A stretch of DNA of 64,000 bases from Alistipes sp. Its GTDB lineage: Bacteria > Bacteroidota > Bacteroidia > Bacteroidales > Rikenellaceae. Positions 47,559 to 57,231 of this stretch are shown one piece after another. Numbering within the stretch: position 1 is the stretch's first letter; every line of letters begins with the position of its first letter. The stretch is taken from the NCBI GenBank assembly GCA_045614985.1, contig JAZLDX010000025.1:39177-103176 (forward strand), given 5' to 3'. The notes beneath the pieces were generated by a model that was given only the letters and a program-made list of their open reading frames with translations, did not search any database and had not been told where the DNA came from. The position numbers and the translations under genes are program-made.

Positions 47559-49793
47559 ATGATGAAAAAACTTCTGAGTTTAGCCCTTTATGCGGCTCTT
47601 TTTAGTCTGACAATCGCTTGTGGAAGCGATCCCGAGGAGTTCCAACCGGCCCCAACGGGAAAGACCCCCATTGCCCTCCAGGCTACGTTAGCCGACTATG
47701 GGCGTGCCACCGACACCCTCTTCGAAGAGGGCGACCAAATCGGCTTGTACATCTTCACCTCGGAGACCTACATCGACAATGGCCTCTACACGATCAAGGA
47801 GGGGGCTCTGCAGTCGAACGGTGCTCGCTACTGGTATGAGGACAAGACGATCGAATCGACCCTTGTAGCCTACTACCCCTACGCTTCGACCTGGAAATAC
47901 AGCGCCGAGGGGGTAATTTTTACCGTTCGCGAGGATCAGACGAGCCAAAAGACCTACACCATTTCAGATCTGATGGTGGCCACTACCACCGCGAAGCCCA
48001 CCTCGGAGGCGGTAACCCTTCCTTTCCGTCATGCCCTCTCGAAGGTGATTCTCAAAATCAACAACCAGCTCGGCGAGGCGATCCGCGAGGTCTCGATCTC
48101 GAATGTGTTGGGTAGCGTGAAGGTGAATCAGAAAAACCTTTCGGTCGCCGCTACGGGCAACATGATGGCCATCAAGGCGGCCCCCGTAACGATTGACGAT
48201 GCCGAGGGTTGGCAGCTGATCGTGGCTCCCCAGCAAGGGGCCGATCCTGTACTCACGGTAACCACCGCCTCGGGCAAGCAGTACTCCTGCCGTCTGGAGG
48301 AGCGCACCGACCTGGCCGCCGGCAAGCAGCACACGGCCCATGCCACCCTCACCGCAAAGGAGGGTCTCAAATTGACGCTCTCCTACTCAATCGAGGATTG
48401 GGAAGAGGGTGCGAACATTGACTTTGTGGTAGACGAGGAGCCCGGCGAGGAACCCGAACCTACCCCCACCCCCGGAGAGGATGTGGCCGATGGTTACAGC
48501 TACATCTTCGACATGGAGGCTCTGCCCGAAATTCACCTCAACATCACGGAGAAGGAGTGGAACGAGTTGCTGAAGCTCTACGACCAAAACTCCAATACGG
48601 ACGAGTACATCCACTGCGATGCCTCGTTTATTAAAGAGGGTAAGGTTCACAGCTTTACCGACACGGGTCTGCGTTTGCGTGGCAACACCTCGCGTCGTCG
48701 CCCCGAGGGTAATGGTGGCGAAATGCACAACACCGAGAATCCCGACTACCACCATGTACACTTCATGCTCAACCTGCGCAAGTTCCAAAAGGACGACGAG
48801 CACGAGTTGGGCGGCGTGAGAAAGATCCACCTCAAGTGGCACAAGGACGACCCCTGCTACGCCCGCGAGATCTTCTGCTACGACCTCTTCCGCCGTTACG
48901 GCATTTGGACGGCGCTGAATACCTCCTACTGCCGTCTGTGGCTCAAGGTTGGAGACTCGAAGGAGGCCTACTACGGTGTCTACATCATGCTGGAGGCTCC
49001 CGATGAGCGCTACTTGAAAAAGCGTATCGACGGCTTTGAGAATGATAAGGGCTTCTTGTGGAAGTGCGGCTGGTCGAACAGCGGCTTCGGTGCCGGTTTG
49101 GACAACACGAACGACGACCGCTTTTGGCACGACGACAACGCTGGCACGGAGAACCGCGCCTACTGCTTGAAGACCGAGATCGAGAGTTTCGACGCCGCCA
49201 AGACCCAAATCAAGGATTTCATCAAGAAACTCAACGGCAAGTCGGGCGACGATTTCAAGAACTGGATCTCGTCGGTGACGGATGTGGAGTTGCTGCTGAA
49301 GACTTACGCCGTGAATGTGGCTGTAGGTATGTGGGACGACTACTGGTGCAATCAGAACAACTACTACATCTACTTCAACTCGATGGACAAAGAGAATTAC
49401 AAATTCTTCTTCATCCCCTACGACTACGACAACACGTTGGGTACCTCGTCCATCATTGATGCCGGTCGCCAGAACCCCTTGAATTGGGACAACAGCGATT
49501 CGGGTCGCCAGCTCATCGAGAAATTGTTGCAGTTCAGCGACTATAAGAAGATCTACCTCGATGCTCTGAAGGAGATCTGCTCGAACGACAACCTGATGAA
49601 GCCCGCAGCCGCCACTGCCCGCATCAAGGGTTGGCACGCCATGATCGGCGACTATGTATCGAACGACACGGGCGAAGACATGAAGATCAAGGACCGCCCC
49701 GCAGGGTGGAGCAACAAGGGTGAGTATCGCCTGTTGGAAAGCGGCTCGAACAACTTCTTCGAGGCCAAGGCTGCCAGCATTCCCCAGAACTAA
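47559..49793 (+). CDS. Lipoprotein: type V pilin (fimbrillin/Mfa-like) domain fused to a CotH kinase domain
   Basis: Lipobox TIAC; GRATDT.FEEGD.IGLY, AYYPY, DQT......SDLM.A, L.F.HALSKV; Pro/Glu linker; RLRGNTS, GVY.MLE..D, WDDY...NNYY.Y, PYDYD.T.G; TACCTTTG promoter at 47510-47517. Confidence 0.85.
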   Translation: MMKKLLSLALYAALFSLTIACGSDPEEFQPAPTGKTPIALQATLADYGRATDTLFEEGDQIGLYIFTSETYIDNGLYTIKEGALQSNGARYWYEDKTIESTLVAYYPYASTWKYSAEGVIFTVREDQTSQKTYTISDLMVATTTAKPTSEAVTLPFRHALSKVILKINNQLGEAIREVSISNVLGSVKVNQKNLSVAATGNMMAIKAAPVTIDDAEGWQLIVAPQQGADPVLTVTTASGKQYSCRLEERTDLAAGKQHTAHATLTAKEGLKLTLSYSIEDWEEGANIDFVVDEEPGEEPEPTPTPGEDVADGYSYIFDMEALPEIHLNITEKEWNELLKLYDQNSNTDEYIHCDASFIKEGKVHSFTDTGLRLRGNTSRRRPEGNGGEMHNTENPDYHHVHFMLNLRKFQKDDEHELGGVRKIHLKWHKDDPCYAREIFCYDLFRRYGIWTALNTSYCRLWLKVGDSKEAYYGVYIMLEAPDERYLKKRIDGFENDKGFLWKCGWSNSGFGAGLDNTNDDRFWHDDNAGTENRAYCLKTEIESFDAAKTQIKDFIKKLNGKSGDDFKNWISSVTDVELLLKTYAVNVAVGMWDDYWCNQNNYYIYFNSMDKENYKFFFIPYDYDNTLGTSSIIDAGRQNPLNWDNSDSGRQLIEKLLQFSDYKKIYLDALKEICSNDNLMKPAAATARIKGWHAMIGDYVSNDTGEDMKIKDRPAGWSNKGEYRLLESGSNNFFEAKAASIPQN

Positions 49794-49831
49794 CCCCCTG
49801 CCACAAAACCAAAAAAAGAGAAACAAGCCTT

Positions 49832-50683
49832 ATGAAACCCGAATATAAGCCCTATGTGGATGAGTTGATTGAACTCGCCATCAAAGAGGATATTGGTGAC
49901 GGCGACCACACCTCGCTCTGCTGTATCCCCGCCCAGGAGCAAGGTCGTATGCGCCTGCTCTGCAAGCAGGAGGGAATTCTGGCCGGAGTGGAGGTGGCCG
50001 AGTTGGTCTTGCGCCGCTTGGACTCTACGATGAAGTTTGAGCCCCTGTTGGCAGATGGCACCCGCGTGAAGCCCGGCGATGTAGCCTTCTATGTGGAGGG
50101 TCGTCTGCAGTCGCTGCTGCAAGCCGAGCGCATCCTGCTCAACATCATGCAGCGTATGAGTGGTGTGGCCACCCAAACGGCAGTCTATGCCGATCGTCTG
50201 AAGGGCTACAAGACCAAGGTGCTCGACACACGCAAAACCACCCCGGGTATGCGCGTTTTGGATAAGATGGCCGTAAAGATCGGAGGCGGAGAGAACCACC
50301 GCATCGGTCTGTTCGACATGATCCTCTTGAAGGACAACCACATCGACTTTGCCGGTGGGGTTGAGAAGGCTGTGCTCGGAGCTAAAGCCTACCTCAAAGA
50401 AAAGAACAAAAACATCCCCATCGAGTGCGAGGTGCGCTCGTTGGAGGATATCGACAAAGTCTTTGCTGCAGGAGGGGTTGATCGCATCATGTTCGATAAC
50501 TTCACCCCCGAGATGACCCGCTTGGCGGTGGAGAAGGTCGCCGGACGTTGCGAGACGGAGTCCAGCGGAGGCATCACGCTCGAGACCATGGAGGAGTATG
50601 CCGCCTGCGGCGTAGACTTCATCTCGGTAGGTGCCCTGACCCACCAGATCCGTTCGCTCGACATGTCGCTCAAAGCCTGCTAA
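49832..50683 (+). CDS. nadC: Quinolinate phosphoribosyltransferase
   Basis: EDIG.GD.T, LDTRKTTPG, NHR.GL.D..LLKDNH, EV.SL, DNF, SGGI, SVGALTH. Confidence 0.97.
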   Translation: MKPEYKPYVDELIELAIKEDIGDGDHTSLCCIPAQEQGRMRLLCKQEGILAGVEVAELVLRRLDSTMKFEPLLADGTRVKPGDVAFYVEGRLQSLLQAERILLNIMQRMSGVATQTAVYADRLKGYKTKVLDTRKTTPGMRVLDKMAVKIGGGENHRIGLFDMILLKDNHIDFAGGVEKAVLGAKAYLKEKNKNIPIECEVRSLEDIDKVFAAGGVDRIMFDNFTPEMTRLAVEKVAGRCETESSGGITLETMEEYAACGVDFISVGALTHQIRSLDMSLKAC

Positions 50684-50685
50684 GG

Positions 50686-52578
50686 ATGAAGCAATCCAAA
50701 AACTTTGGGAGCATGAGCCATACGGCAATCACCCTACGGCGTGTAGCATTGCTATACGCCGTATTGGCATTGTGTCGTCTTCTGTTTTGGTTGCACAACC
50801 GCGAATTGATCGGCCCAATCGAGACTTGGTGGCCGTTGGTAAAGGGTGCGTTGCAGTTCGACACCGTTTCAATCCTCTATGCCGAGGGGCTTTGGCTTGT
50901 GTTGGCCCTGCTTCCCCTGCCCTTGGCCCTGCGCGAGAGTCGCTTGTGGCAAGGCTTTCTTTTTGGGCTCTACACAACGGTAGGTTCGCTGATCATCGCC
51001 CTCAACCTCTCGGATGCCGTCTACTTCCGCTACACGCAGAAGCGATTCACGGCAGACGAGATCTTCTTTGCCGACAACGCCAACTCGCTCCAATTGATGG
51101 GGAAATTCATGGCCGAGAATTGGCCCCTGGTTGTAGCTTGGCTCCTCCTTACCGTGCTGTTGGTATGGGGAGGCGGTCGCAAACTCCACCCCCAATCACC
51201 CCTGCGCCGTTGGTGGAGTTACTATCCCGCATCGCTCGCGGTGCTGGCCCTTACGGTGGGGCTTGCCATTGGAGGTATCCGCGGAGGCTTCACTCGCATG
51301 ACGCGCCCAATCACCCTCTCCAATGCCACGCTCTACGCCCCGACGAGCGCCCAGGCGAACCTCATTCTGAGCAACCCCTTCTGCATCCTGCGCACGGCGG
51401 GAAGCAGTTCAAAGGTCGAGGTGCCGGAGTTCTTCCCCCCCGAGACCCTCGCGGAGCACTTTTCGCCCTACCACTACCCCACCCCGGAGGCCGAGGCTCC
51501 GCTTCGAGGGCGCAACGTGGTAATCTTCATATTGGAGAGCATGTCGGCCGAGCACTCGGCCCACCTGCGCCCCGACCTCTACGCCGAAAGCGAATACTAC
51601 AAAGGCTTCACCCCCTTCCTCGACTCGCTCATGCGCGAGGGCTACTGCTTCAAGCAGATGTACTCGAACGGATTACGCTCGATTCAAGCCATGCCGGCCG
51701 TTCTGGGGAGCATTCCTTCGTTCAAGACCCCCTTTGTACTGATGCCCCAATCGCTGGGAGAGAGCCGACAGTTGCCCCGCATCTTGCGCGACCAAGGCTA
51801 CGAAACGGCCTTCTTCTGCGGTTCGGAGGCGGGTTCGATGGGCTTCGGAGCCTATGCCCGCTCAGCAGGCATCGAGCACCTCTACGCCCGTGAGGAGTAC
51901 GAAGCCCGCCACGGCAAGGCCGATTTCGATGGCTATTGGGGGATTTGGGACGACAAATTTTTACAGTTCTTTGGCGAGGAGCTCACCACCCTACAAGAGC
52001 CCTTTTTGGCCACCCTTTTCACCCTCTCGTCGCACCACCCCTTTGTGGTGCCCGAACGACTGAAGGATTCACTCCCCTTAGGCCACACGGCCATCCACCG
52101 TTGTGCTGCCTACGAAGACTACGCCTTTCGGGAATTTTTCAATCGCTACAAGGAGACTGAATGGTTCAAGAATACCCTCTTTGTCTTCGTAGCCGACCAT
52201 GTTTCGTCGGAGCGTTACAGCACGGAGAGCCTCACCTGGCCGGGCGACCACCACATCTTCGGTTTCTGCTACGCCCCCGAAAGCAATCTTAAGGGCGAGA
52301 GTTCGGAGCCGGCACAGCAGATCGACTGGATGCCCACGATCCTCTCTCTTTTGGGGAATACAAAGCCCTATTTCGCCTTTGGGCGCGACCTCTTCGCCGA
52401 GCCCGAGCGTCCGCGTTGGGCCTTCAGCTACGAAAACGGCTACCAACTCATCACCGAAGAGGGGGCCCGCGCCCTCAGTCCCGAACTCTCGGAGCAAGAC
52501 GAGGAGGCACAAAAATTGAAGGCCCTCATTCAGCAATACTACACGCATATCAGCCAACAGAGTTACCTGGTAAAATGA
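50686..52578 (+). CDS. LTA synthase-family (sulfatase-like) membrane phosphoglycerol transferase
   Basis: Five N-terminal TM segments; NVVIFILES, RSIQA, SSHHPF, FVADH, QIDWMPT; start 50686 or 50713. Confidence 0.88.
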   Translation: MKQSKNFGSMSHTAITLRRVALLYAVLALCRLLFWLHNRELIGPIETWWPLVKGALQFDTVSILYAEGLWLVLALLPLPLALRESRLWQGFLFGLYTTVGSLIIALNLSDAVYFRYTQKRFTADEIFFADNANSLQLMGKFMAENWPLVVAWLLLTVLLVWGGGRKLHPQSPLRRWWSYYPASLAVLALTVGLAIGGIRGGFTRMTRPITLSNATLYAPTSAQANLILSNPFCILRTAGSSSKVEVPEFFPPETLAEHFSPYHYPTPEAEAPLRGRNVVIFILESMSAEHSAHLRPDLYAESEYYKGFTPFLDSLMREGYCFKQMYSNGLRSIQAMPAVLGSIPSFKTPFVLMPQSLGESRQLPRILRDQGYETAFFCGSEAGSMGFGAYARSAGIEHLYAREEYEARHGKADFDGYWGIWDDKFLQFFGEELTTLQEPFLATLFTLSSHHPFVVPERLKDSLPLGHTAIHRCAAYEDYAFREFFNRYKETEWFKNTLFVFVADHVSSERYSTESLTWPGDHHIFGFCYAPESNLKGESSEPAQQIDWMPTILSLLGNTKPYFAFGRDLFAEPERPRWAFSYENGYQLITEEGARALSPELSEQDEEAQKLKALIQQYYTHISQQSYLVK

Positions 52579-53999
52579 TCTCGTTCAAACCCGTAGAGCT
52601 GGCCGACAAGGCCACAATCGAACACTACACCCACCCCAGCGAGTGCCGCAACTGCGACATGTCGTTCGCCAACATCTACTGCTGGCGCGCCTTTCACCAA
52701 ACCCATTGGGCCGTGGTGGAGGGGTTTCTGATCATTCGCTTTTTGATCGACGGCCGAGAGCAACTGGGTTACATGCAACCCATCGGCGAGGGGGATTTTT
52801 CACACCTGCTTCCCCTCTTGGAGCAGGATGCACGCGAAAATTTCGGACAACCGCTGCGCCTCTACGGCCTTTGTCGCGAAGGCCGCAAGTGCATCTGCGA
52901 GAGCTCGCTCTGCCACGACTTCGCCTTCGACGACGACCGCGCCCTATCGGACTACATCTACCTGGCCGACGACCTCCGCACACTCGCGGGCCGCAAGTAC
53001 CAACCCAAACGCAACCACCTGAACCGTTTCCTAAACGGCTACAACTACCGCTACGAGCCCCTCACCCCCGACCACTTCGAGGCGTGTCTGCAACTCGAAG
53101 CCGCCTGGCGGGCCGCCCGCACGAGCGACTCTGATAGCGAGGCGATGCGCCACGAGCAGCGGGCCCTGCGCGAGGCCTTCGACCATTGGCGGGAGCTCGA
53201 TCTGATGGGGGGCGTGCTCTATGTCGATGACCGCCTGGCCGCCTTTACCTACGGCTCGCGGATCAACTACGACACCTTCGACTGCCACATCGAGAAGGCC
53301 GACACCCAATACGAGGGGATCTTCGCGGCGATCAACAAACTCTTTGCCGACCACCTGCCCACAGAGTTCACCTACATCAACCGCGAGGAGGATATGGGGC
53401 TCGAGGGGCTGCGTCGCTCGAAACTCTCCTACTACCCCACCCTGCTTTGGCCCAAGACCACAGCACTGCTCCTTGGTGACGAGCAGCGGGCCTGCAAAAC
53501 CCTTTGGCAGGAGGTCTTTGGCGACGAGGAGGCCTTTGTCGATCGCTTTCTGATCCACCACTTCCGAAGCGACCGAATGCTCCGCATCGAGGAGGATTGC
53601 GCTGAACCATCGACGCTCACCAACCCCGAAAATCGAAAACTCCTCTCGATGCTCCACCTCCTTCCGTTCCGTACCGAGGAGGGCGAACGCGTGGGCTATA
53701 TCTACGGCGTGGCCACCACCCCCGAGGCCCGAGGTCGTGGCCTGGCCACCAGCCTATTGCTGGAGGCGATCCGGCGTGGCCAAGCCGAGGGGCTGAAGGC
53801 TCTCATCCTGATCCCCGCCAATGACGGGGTGCGCGCGTTCTACGCCCGCCACAGCTTCTCGGGCGAGGTGCCCGTGCGTCTGCTTGCCACGAACGACTTC
53901 GACTTCGGCACCGGTGATCCCGAACGCGACCGAGCGATGGTGCTCCCCTTAAGCGCGGAGTTTTCTACACCCACCGAGCTGGAGCTGCACAAAGACTGA
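52575..53999 (+). CDS. DUF2156 (phosphatidylglycerol lysyltransferase-like) domain fused to a GNAT acetyltransferase
   Basis: KRNH.NRF, AFTYG, HIEKA, INREED.G..GLR..KLSY.P; then YIYGVAT.P..RGRGLA..LL; ATGA overlap with the upstream gene. Confidence 0.85.
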   Translation: MISFKPVELADKATIEHYTHPSECRNCDMSFANIYCWRAFHQTHWAVVEGFLIIRFLIDGREQLGYMQPIGEGDFSHLLPLLEQDARENFGQPLRLYGLCREGRKCICESSLCHDFAFDDDRALSDYIYLADDLRTLAGRKYQPKRNHLNRFLNGYNYRYEPLTPDHFEACLQLEAAWRAARTSDSDSEAMRHEQRALREAFDHWRELDLMGGVLYVDDRLAAFTYGSRINYDTFDCHIEKADTQYEGIFAAINKLFADHLPTEFTYINREEDMGLEGLRRSKLSYYPTLLWPKTTALLLGDEQRACKTLWQEVFGDEEAFVDRFLIHHFRSDRMLRIEEDCAEPSTLTNPENRKLLSMLHLLPFRTEEGERVGYIYGVATTPEARGRGLATSLLLEAIRRGQAEGLKALILIPANDGVRAFYARHSFSGEVPVRLLATNDFDFGTGDPERDRAMVLPLSAEFSTPTELELHKD

Positions 54000-54224
54000 T
54001 TCCGCCCGCACAAAAGCCCCAAAGGGAGGGAGCATAGAGAGCAAAATAAACGAGAAGTGTTTCATGGTGCAAGGTGAATATCTAAAGACAGGAATATTTT
54101 CGATCAGAGAGGTTTTGGGGCCCATTTTTGACTTTTTTACATTTTTTTGGCAAAATTGTTGGTCGATTCATTTTTTTTTATCATCTTTGCACCCGCAATA
54201 GAGGAGAACCCGTTTCTCCGGAAG

Positions 54225-54296
54225 GCCGAAATAGCTCAGCGGTAGAGCACTTCACTCGTAATGAAGGGGTCCCGAGTTCAAATCTCGGTTTCGGCT
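54225..54296 (+). tRNA. tRNA-Thr(CGT)
   Basis: GCCGAAA-TAGCTCAGCGGTAGAGCA-CTTCACT-CGT-AATGAAG-GGGTCCCGAGTTCAAATCTCGG-TTTCGGC-T; CCA not encoded. Confidence 0.96.
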
Positions 54297-54303
54297 CAAG
54301 GCA

Positions 54304-54339
54304 AAAAGGACGAAAATATTTTCGTCCTTTTCTTTTTTT
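54304..54339 (+). terminator. Terminator after tRNA-Thr
   Basis: AAAAGGACGAAA/TTTCGTCCTTTT stem followed by a T tract. Confidence 0.75.
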
Positions 54340-54440
54340 GCACCCCACCTATTTTTATTACCCTAAAGTATTCGGAAAATTAAGACCTAAATCGTGTGAT
54401 TTTTATTACTTTTGTAGGAGAAAACAAATAAAAATACGAT

Positions 54441-55916
54441 ATGGTAACCTTTTTGATCTGTTTGGCGATGCTCATAGGGGCCTATTTCACCTACGGACGT
54501 TATTTGGAGCGAGTCTGCGAAATCGATGCAAAAAACCCCGTCCCCTCGAAAACCTGCTACGACGGAGTCGACTATCTCCCCCTTCCGCGCTGGAAGATCT
54601 TTCTGATTCAGCTCCTCAACATTGCCGGCCTGGGTCCCATCTTCGGAGCGGTGCTGGGTGCCGCCTACGGCCCCGTGGCCTTTCTGTGGATCACCCTCGG
54701 AGGCATCTTCCTTGGAGCCATGCACGACATGATCTCGGGTGTAATCTCCCTGAAGCAGAACGGCATGAGTCTTCCGGAGATCATTGGCGACCTCTTGGGC
54801 GACAAGGTGAAGCTCTTCATGCGCCTCTTCTCGGTGCTGCTGATGGTATTGGTGGGAGCCGTCTTCCTCTCGCAGCCCGCCAACCTCATCGACTTCCGAC
54901 TTGACATCCCCGGCCTCGAAGGCGTAGTCTTCGGAAACTACAGTTGGACTCTGCTCCTGATTTTGGGGGCGATACTCGTCTACTACGTCCTGGCCACACT
55001 GCTGCCCATCGACAAGATCATTGGCAAGTTCTATCCCATCTTCGGCCTGGCCCTGCTTATCATGGCCCTGGGGATCCTCTTCGTGCTGCTGACCCAGAGC
55101 GACAAGTACCCCATTCCGGAGTTCACGTCGTTTGAGAATATGATTGCCAACCGCGAGAAGTTCCCTCTTCTTCCGATGCTCTTCACGACGATCGCCTGCG
55201 GAGCTATCTCGGGCTTCCACGCCACACAGTCGCCCCTGATGGCGCGCTGCATGACCAACGAGACACAATGCCGCTCGATCTTCTACGGAGCGATGATCGC
55301 TGAGAGCATCATCGCTCTGATTTGGGCTGCCATCGGCATGGCTTTTTGGGGCGGTGTGCAAGGGCTCAACGAGGCAATTGCCACCCACGGAGGCAATGCC
55401 GCCATTCTGATCAACCAAATTGCAACCGAGACCCTCGGTCCTACGATTGCCAGCCTAGTGATCTTCGGTGTGATTGCCTGCGCTATCACCTCGGGCGATA
55501 CCGCCTTCCGCTCAGCGCGCCTAATTGTAACCGACTTCCTTAAAATCGAACAAAAGAACCTCAGCAAGCGCATCTATGTTTCTTTGCCGCTCTTTGCCTT
55601 GGGTCTCTTTATCATCCTCGTCCTGCCATTCCAAACCATTTGGAGCTACTTCGCCTGGTGCAATCAGACCCTGGCAGCCATTACCCTGTGGGCCATCACG
55701 GTCTACTTGGCCAAGCAACGAAAGCCGATTTGGATCGGTCTGCTTCCCGCCCTCTTTATGACCTTTGTCTGCAGCAGTTACATCTTTGTATCGCCCCTGA
55801 TGTTCGGACTCAAAAGCCGCCTTACAGCCTACCTATTGGGAGGGCTCCTCACGCTGATCATCCTGGGTGCAGTACTCAAACTCATAAGAAAATATGCTCA
55901 TGAAAAACACGCCTAA
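54441..55916 (+). CDS. cstA: Carbon starvation protein A (CstA) transporter
   Basis: IAGLGPIFG, GAMHD, IACGAISGFHATQSP, AITSGDTAFR. Confidence 0.92.
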   Translation: MVTFLICLAMLIGAYFTYGRYLERVCEIDAKNPVPSKTCYDGVDYLPLPRWKIFLIQLLNIAGLGPIFGAVLGAAYGPVAFLWITLGGIFLGAMHDMISGVISLKQNGMSLPEIIGDLLGDKVKLFMRLFSVLLMVLVGAVFLSQPANLIDFRLDIPGLEGVVFGNYSWTLLLILGAILVYYVLATLLPIDKIIGKFYPIFGLALLIMALGILFVLLTQSDKYPIPEFTSFENMIANREKFPLLPMLFTTIACGAISGFHATQSPLMARCMTNETQCRSIFYGAMIAESIIALIWAAIGMAFWGGVQGLNEAIATHGGNAAILINQIATETLGPTIASLVIFGVIACAITSGDTAFRSARLIVTDFLKIEQKNLSKRIYVSLPLFALGLFIILVLPFQTIWSYFAWCNQTLAAITLWAITVYLAKQRKPIWIGLLPALFMTFVCSSYIFVSPLMFGLKSRLTAYLLGGLLTLIILGAVLKLIRKYAHEKHA

Positions 55917-56604
55917 ATACACCTTGATCCCCACCGCAGAACAGACCTTCGAGTTGGAGGGCTCGGGACCTTGGGATTTTCGTAAACGTCTCCGTACGGC
56001 CGAGGAGTTACAACGCTCAGGGCAGATCGAAGCCGCTTGCGAGGAGCGGTACCGCGCCGTGCAGCTCATCGAGGAGCTTCTGCCCGAGGAGGAGGAGATC
56101 AACCTCGAGTGGAACCACCCAAATAGCCGGGCCGCCCTGGAACTGATCCACAGCTCGGCCATCGACCACTTCTTGATTGGGGACTTCGAGCTCTCGGCAG
56201 CCCTCTTGGAACTCTGCCTCGAACTCGACCCCGAAGACCACCTTGAGGCGGTCAATCTCTTGGGATTCGACTATGTAGAACTCGGTGAGTACGAACTCTG
56301 CGAGGAGGTCTTGCTCGACATCTCCGAAAAGAGCCCCATGTGTCCCCTGCTGACACTTTGGCTCGCCTTCCGTCGAAGCGGAGAGTTGGCTGCCGCCCCG
56401 TTGCAGCACCTCAAGAGCCGCCACACGGCCCTCTTCGAGGAGTTCACGGCCGAGGAGCACCCCGCAGACGAAGCCTTCATTAAAGAGATCAACTCCGAAC
56501 GCCCCTCCGCACGCGCCCAGGCCCGCGAAGTGTGGCTCCAAACCGAACCCCTGTGGGCTCTACACCCCGAATTTATCTCCGCCCTCAAGGCTGCCAAGGG
56601 ATAA
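55900..56604 (+). CDS. TPR-like hypothetical protein
   Basis: All-helical; LELCLELDPEDHLEA..LL...Y. Confidence 0.7.
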   Translation: MKNTPKYTLIPTAEQTFELEGSGPWDFRKRLRTAEELQRSGQIEAACEERYRAVQLIEELLPEEEEINLEWNHPNSRAALELIHSSAIDHFLIGDFELSAALLELCLELDPEDHLEAVNLLGFDYVELGEYELCEEVLLDISEKSPMCPLLTLWLAFRRSGELAAAPLQHLKSRHTALFEEFTAEEHPADEAFIKEINSERPSARAQAREVWLQTEPLWALHPEFISALKAAKG

Positions 56605-56795
56605 AAAGAGGTGAAGTATGAAATCTTTTTCTGCTCGAAAATCGAGAAAAAACGGGGCTCGGGAGGAAAAAACCACCGGAAAAGAGATAAAAAAGGTGGA
56701 AATGTTTGGTAAATCGGGAAAATCGTTTTACCTTTGCACTCCGCGAAATGTGATTATTTGAGCAATAAATAACTAAAAACGAGATAGCTATGGCA

Positions 56796-56957
56796 ATGAA
56801 AAGAACTTACCAGCCTTCGCGCCGCAAGCGTATTAACAAGCACGGTTTCCGTCAGCGTATGGCAACCGCCAACGGTCGCAAGGTATTGGCCGCACGTCGT
56901 GCCAAGGGTCGCAAGAAGCTGACCGTTTCGGACGAGTCGACCTTCAAGTACGCTTAA
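56796..56957 (+). CDS. rpmH: 50S ribosomal protein L34 (not in the ORF track)
   Basis: [53 protein letters not shown]. Confidence 0.98.
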   Translation: MKRTYQPSRRKRINKHGFRQRMATANGRKVLAARRAKGRKKLTVSDESTFKYA

Positions 56958-56977
56958 TTCCCTCGGGAATTGGCCAT

Positions 56978-57016
56978 AGAATGGGGTGGTGCAAGGCATC
57001 ACCCCATTCTGTTTTT
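56978..57016 (+). terminator. Terminator after rpmH
   Basis: AGAATGGGGTGGTGC-AAG-GCATCACCCCATTCT-GTTTTT. Confidence 0.85.
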
Positions 57017-57132
57017 GATTTTATAGGGCAGATTTCACCTTGCCTTGCGCGCCCCGAATGGGTAGTACCTCTAGTACAACCCATCCGGGACTTGCTACGT
57101 TAAATCGAAATCTGCTCCTCTAAAATCAAAAA
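57012..57132 (-). repeat. Palindromic intergenic repeat unit, GTAC-loop-GTAC family (copy C, 121 bp)
   Basis: TTTTTGATTTTA/TAAAATCAAAAA, GGGCAGATTTC/GAAATCTGCTC, CCCGAATGGG-TA-GTAC-CTCTA-GTAC-AA-CCCATCCGGG. Confidence 0.85.
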
Positions 57133-57231
57133 AACGGGTGGCGTATTGGGAGTCTAAAAAAGGAATTTTGAATTATAATAATTCCCAATTATTTATTATC
57201 TTTGTATATCGAACCCGAACCAAAAGAGATT

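Noticed and set aside
34407-50683. nadE and nadC as part of a urease-linked ammonia-assimilation system
   Set aside because: NadE is the glutamine-dependent type, it is in a separate transcription unit, and nadC is 14 kb away. Proximity alone is insufficient.
10523-54296. tRNA-Asp and tRNA-Thr as integration sites of an island or prophage
   Set aside because: No integrase, no duplicated tRNA 3' ends and no phage or conjugation genes; the flanks are housekeeping genes.
54128-54904. 258-aa ORF spanning tRNA-Thr and the cstA start
   Set aside because: It runs through a tRNA, a terminator and another CDS, and has no motifs.
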